A stretch of 19,387 nucleotides of DNA from Thermostichus sp. DRC_bins_24 (GTDB lineage: Bacteria; Cyanobacteriota; Cyanobacteriia; Thermostichales; Thermostichaceae): contig JAUQVK010000074.1 of assembly GCA_039794845.1 (NCBI GenBank), positions 1 through 19,387 on the forward strand. The letters are read 5' to 3'. The position numbers were made by a program, and so were the translations under genes. The notes beneath the pieces are model-generated. The model ran no database searches, had not been told where the DNA came from, and worked only from the letters and a program-made list of their open reading frames with translations. This document shows, one piece after another, positions 17,901 to 19,387 of the stretch (its first letter is position 1; every line of letters starts with the position of its first letter).

Positions 17901-19387
17901 ACCAGGACAAATGCCCAAATTGAGCAATTTTTGAAAGGTTTCATCTCGCAGATAGCTAAGAGGGATCTGACCTGGATAGCGTTTTAGTAAATCTAGCCAC
18001 TCTTCTCGAGCGGAGGCGTTAGCTACGGGTAGTCCTGCCATCCAGCTTTGTGCTTCTGTGACCAATTGAGAGTTTTGCCCACTGAAGCGTTGATAGGCTT
18101 CTAAATCAGCTTTATCATCCTGTTGGGCTTGAATCTGCTCAGCCAGTTGAGGATTGATCTCGGCGATACGCTCTATCAGGCTTGGAGTATTCTTATTCAA
18201 GACCCGTAAATATCCAATTAAGTTCTGCCAATAGGTTGTTAATGACTGCACCAAGAGTAGCCTGGTCATATCCCGATAGTGATCCCGCTCCATACCGGCT
18301 GCGAGTTTGGCGGCATCTTGACGGCTATCGGTAAATACAACCAGCTTGCGCTGAGACTTTCTCAAGTTGTTGCTAAAACTTCCAATCTCCCTAAGCAATC
18401 CACCTGCAATGACCTGGCATGATTTTTGAAAACCTGTGCGATGAATCCTCAAGGGAGTGTCGTAGGGGGGATCCCGCCTCGTATAGTCAGCATCACATCT
18501 TGGGCATTTGCTGGGCAAGGCTCGAATATTATCTGAACGAATATTATCTGAACTTGAAGCATCCACATGATAGAGCCATCCCAGAACCCCATTGGAGTCA
18601 GCAGCACTAGTTTCTTGCAGAACTCCATTGAGAGGATTGAGCTTTGCCCTTTTCCAGCTACGTTTGACTTTATCCTGAGTCCACTCTAGATCAACAGGTT
18701 GAGTTTGCCAGGGGCCATCATTTTTCGGTAAGGGCCAAAATACCCTGTAGTTTTCATATTTCTGCTGCACCACCACCTGATCCGGGATCCCTTCTAGTTC
18801 AGGCTGATCAGGAGTCATTATTATCATTTTCTCGTCTTTGGAAATGTATCCACCCAATAAAACCTCTCCACAAACCTCACAGACAATTAAATCCAACACT
18901 CGGGATCCACAGCTACAGGTTAGCCGACTGGTGGCATGTAGGGATCCAATCGGGACTTTGGCTCCCCCATTTTGACGAAGCTGTTGATTAATACTTTGAT
19001 CCGTACAGTCAGGATTGGAACAAGTCCAGACATTCTGGAGATTATGAAAGAAGTAGTGCCCACGAATGGGCTGTAGAGCGCGATTTTGGTCATCTTTCGC
19101 CATGCCTAAAGCTAATAAATAGCCCCTTAATGCATCCGATACCGTCGGCTGAGAGTCTGTAGCTAAAGTAGGGAAGAAAATGGGGTCAAGCTTTTTAACA
19201 GATGTTGCTCGAATCTGTCCTTGATTGGCAATTTGGCAAGCCTCACGAATGGCATCCCCTGCATGGATCATGTTTAGGGCTTGCCCCAACTGCTGTGCGG
19301 GATCCCCTGCTTGGCTAGTTGGACTAATCTCTTGGGCAAGTTGACGCATAGCAACCTTTACCTTCTCATGTTCTGGATTGGGTGGCT
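14973..19387 (-). CDS. Large SF2 (DEAD/DEAH-box) helicase with C-terminal DUF1998 Zn domain, Druantia DruE-like; 5'-truncated by the window edge
   Basis: Motif IV KLVVFTDSRQDAA, ELTGQT, motif V SVTTTMEAGVDIG, motif VI NYQQRVGRAGRRG, DUF1998 FLADSLENGAGY...CDSSCNACL, and many CxxC pairs. The frame stays open from 19349 to the window end (..PPNPEHEKVKVA-MRQL), so motifs I/II should lie upstream. Confidence 0.9.
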   Translation of the reverse strand, partial: PPNPEHEKVKVAMRQLAQEISPTSQAGDPAQQLGQALNMIHAGDAIREACQIANQGQIRATSVKKLDPIFFPTLATDSQPTVSDALRGYLLALGMAKDDQNRALQPIRGHYFFHNLQNVWTCSNPDCTDQSINQQLRQNGGAKVPIGSLHATSRLTCSCGSRVLDLIVCEVCGEVLLGGYISKDEKMIIMTPDQPELEGIPDQVVVQQKYENYRVFWPLPKNDGPWQTQPVDLEWTQDKVKRSWKRAKLNPLNGVLQETSAADSNGVLGWLYHVDASSSDNIRSDNIRALPSKCPRCDADYTRRDPPYDTPLRIHRTGFQKSCQVIAGGLLREIGSFSNNLRKSQRKLVVFTDSRQDAAKLAAGMERDHYRDMTRLLLVQSLTTYWQNLIGYLRVLNKNTPSLIERIAEINPQLAEQIQAQQDDKADLEAYQRFSGQNSQLVTEAQSWMAGLPVANASAREEWLDLLKRYPGQIPLSYLRDETFQKLLNLGICPGGTEHSSLKFRIGNERQNDWWECFEWQNMPITSHSDNNQAKEQADHVKKLRDKLISEIMYVLFPHSVRTLESLGRGWVTCKVKNGIRDQIIQAIDAGIRMLGIRFRYNYSKFFFSGTDDKLLRQYIKYLSQLEIKEQEIRDILEKAEAFIPSSSGLALNPNFLYLNLPLKDSENNQISGYRCERCNAFYLHPAGGYCPECCARLKPSQVSSDFDYYSYLVEQSGDPFRMNAAELTGQTDKNERTKRQRWFQERFAPKEKKDQHVLGIDLLSVTTTMEAGVDIGSLLAVMLGNMPPRRFNYQQRVGRAGRRGSSLSLAVTFCRGRSHDDYYFQHPEKMTGDPPPTPYVDMRQEAIFRRVFIKEVLRQAFISIREEFKEDAFAAVDNVHGEFGQVKDWPQIKPELAKWIGDPQSQSQIRAILQALQVQTNLPSRDWIHFIQNELVSIIDQIVSDPTYTQDSLSERMANAGWLPMFGFPTRVRLLYTRKPSRSKSWPPETGTIDRNLDVAISQFAPGSEIVKDKAVHKACGVVEFLPQGISKPGFYPPLTEGNQTIGICENCQAVVYPHTLIPKPQPGKQPPKETCPVCHREKSLRCPDAREPKGFMTNFSPEDFDGNFEWQPRSTRPTISFKSEHLTNPKMIANAAIIGAPSEDIYTINDHGGDGGFDFSTQVSYYGKSIEGAYVVASELRTSNNTNNQDKGLTTRGSTHRIALLAHRKTDVLLVGIQQWPQGVFADPTTVTGRAAWYSLAFWLRLSAAVYLDIDPSELQAGFRTTIDPVTHQVIGQAFLADSLENGAGYCAHLAKEDIFPTLLQQLNPTQSQTLAAQWLDPGHESQCDSSCNACLRDYINLSYHSLLDWRLALDMAHLLANPQHPLDLQTPWGSRTNPWQRLMQGSQAPIPTLMGQLGYKTAVQLGSLTGYLKQGRSKKMRIFRHPLWTDEHPTWLESTAAAENTYPSYKISPGDPFLGLRRPGDLA

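Larger units (their letters stand above)
637..19306. repeat. Dispersed highly iterated palindrome GGGATCCC (HIP1 analogue)
   Basis: At least 29 perfect copies counted by eye (e.g. 637, 1579, 1974, 2462, 2965, 4739, 7139, 11911, 15009, 16881, 19299), plus many one-mismatch copies. Chance expectation for an 8-mer in 19 kb is below one copy. Confidence 0.95.

Overview
This is a cyanobacterial chromosomal window. The highly iterated GGGATCCC octamer points to the hot-spring Synechococcus/Thermostichus lineage (inference). Positions 1-13572 are mostly ordinary genes: a partial coiled-coil repeat protein, moaA, rsmI, a ManR-like response regulator, tldD, a family-4 UDG, gamma-tocopherol methyltransferase, a radical SAM protein, PsiE, DUF2256, a sigma-70 factor, an FAD oxidoreductase, a type IV pilin and TauE/SafE. 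Three elements lie further right. (i) A promoter, a 104-codon leader ORF with an Arg-rich tail and mutually exclusive antiterminator/terminator hairpins precede an alr0857-family gene; this looks like a translation-coupled attenuator and is the most novel-looking signal. (ii) A 74-aa gene has a near-consensus promoter overlapped by a perfect palindrome resembling a cyanobacterial LexA box. (iii) The 3' 4.4 kb of a very large SF2 helicase with a DUF1998 domain (Druantia DruE-like, probable anti-phage defence) runs off the window edge. I saw no rRNA, tRNA, CRISPR array or intact transposase. All family calls come from recognising motifs by eye, not from database searches.
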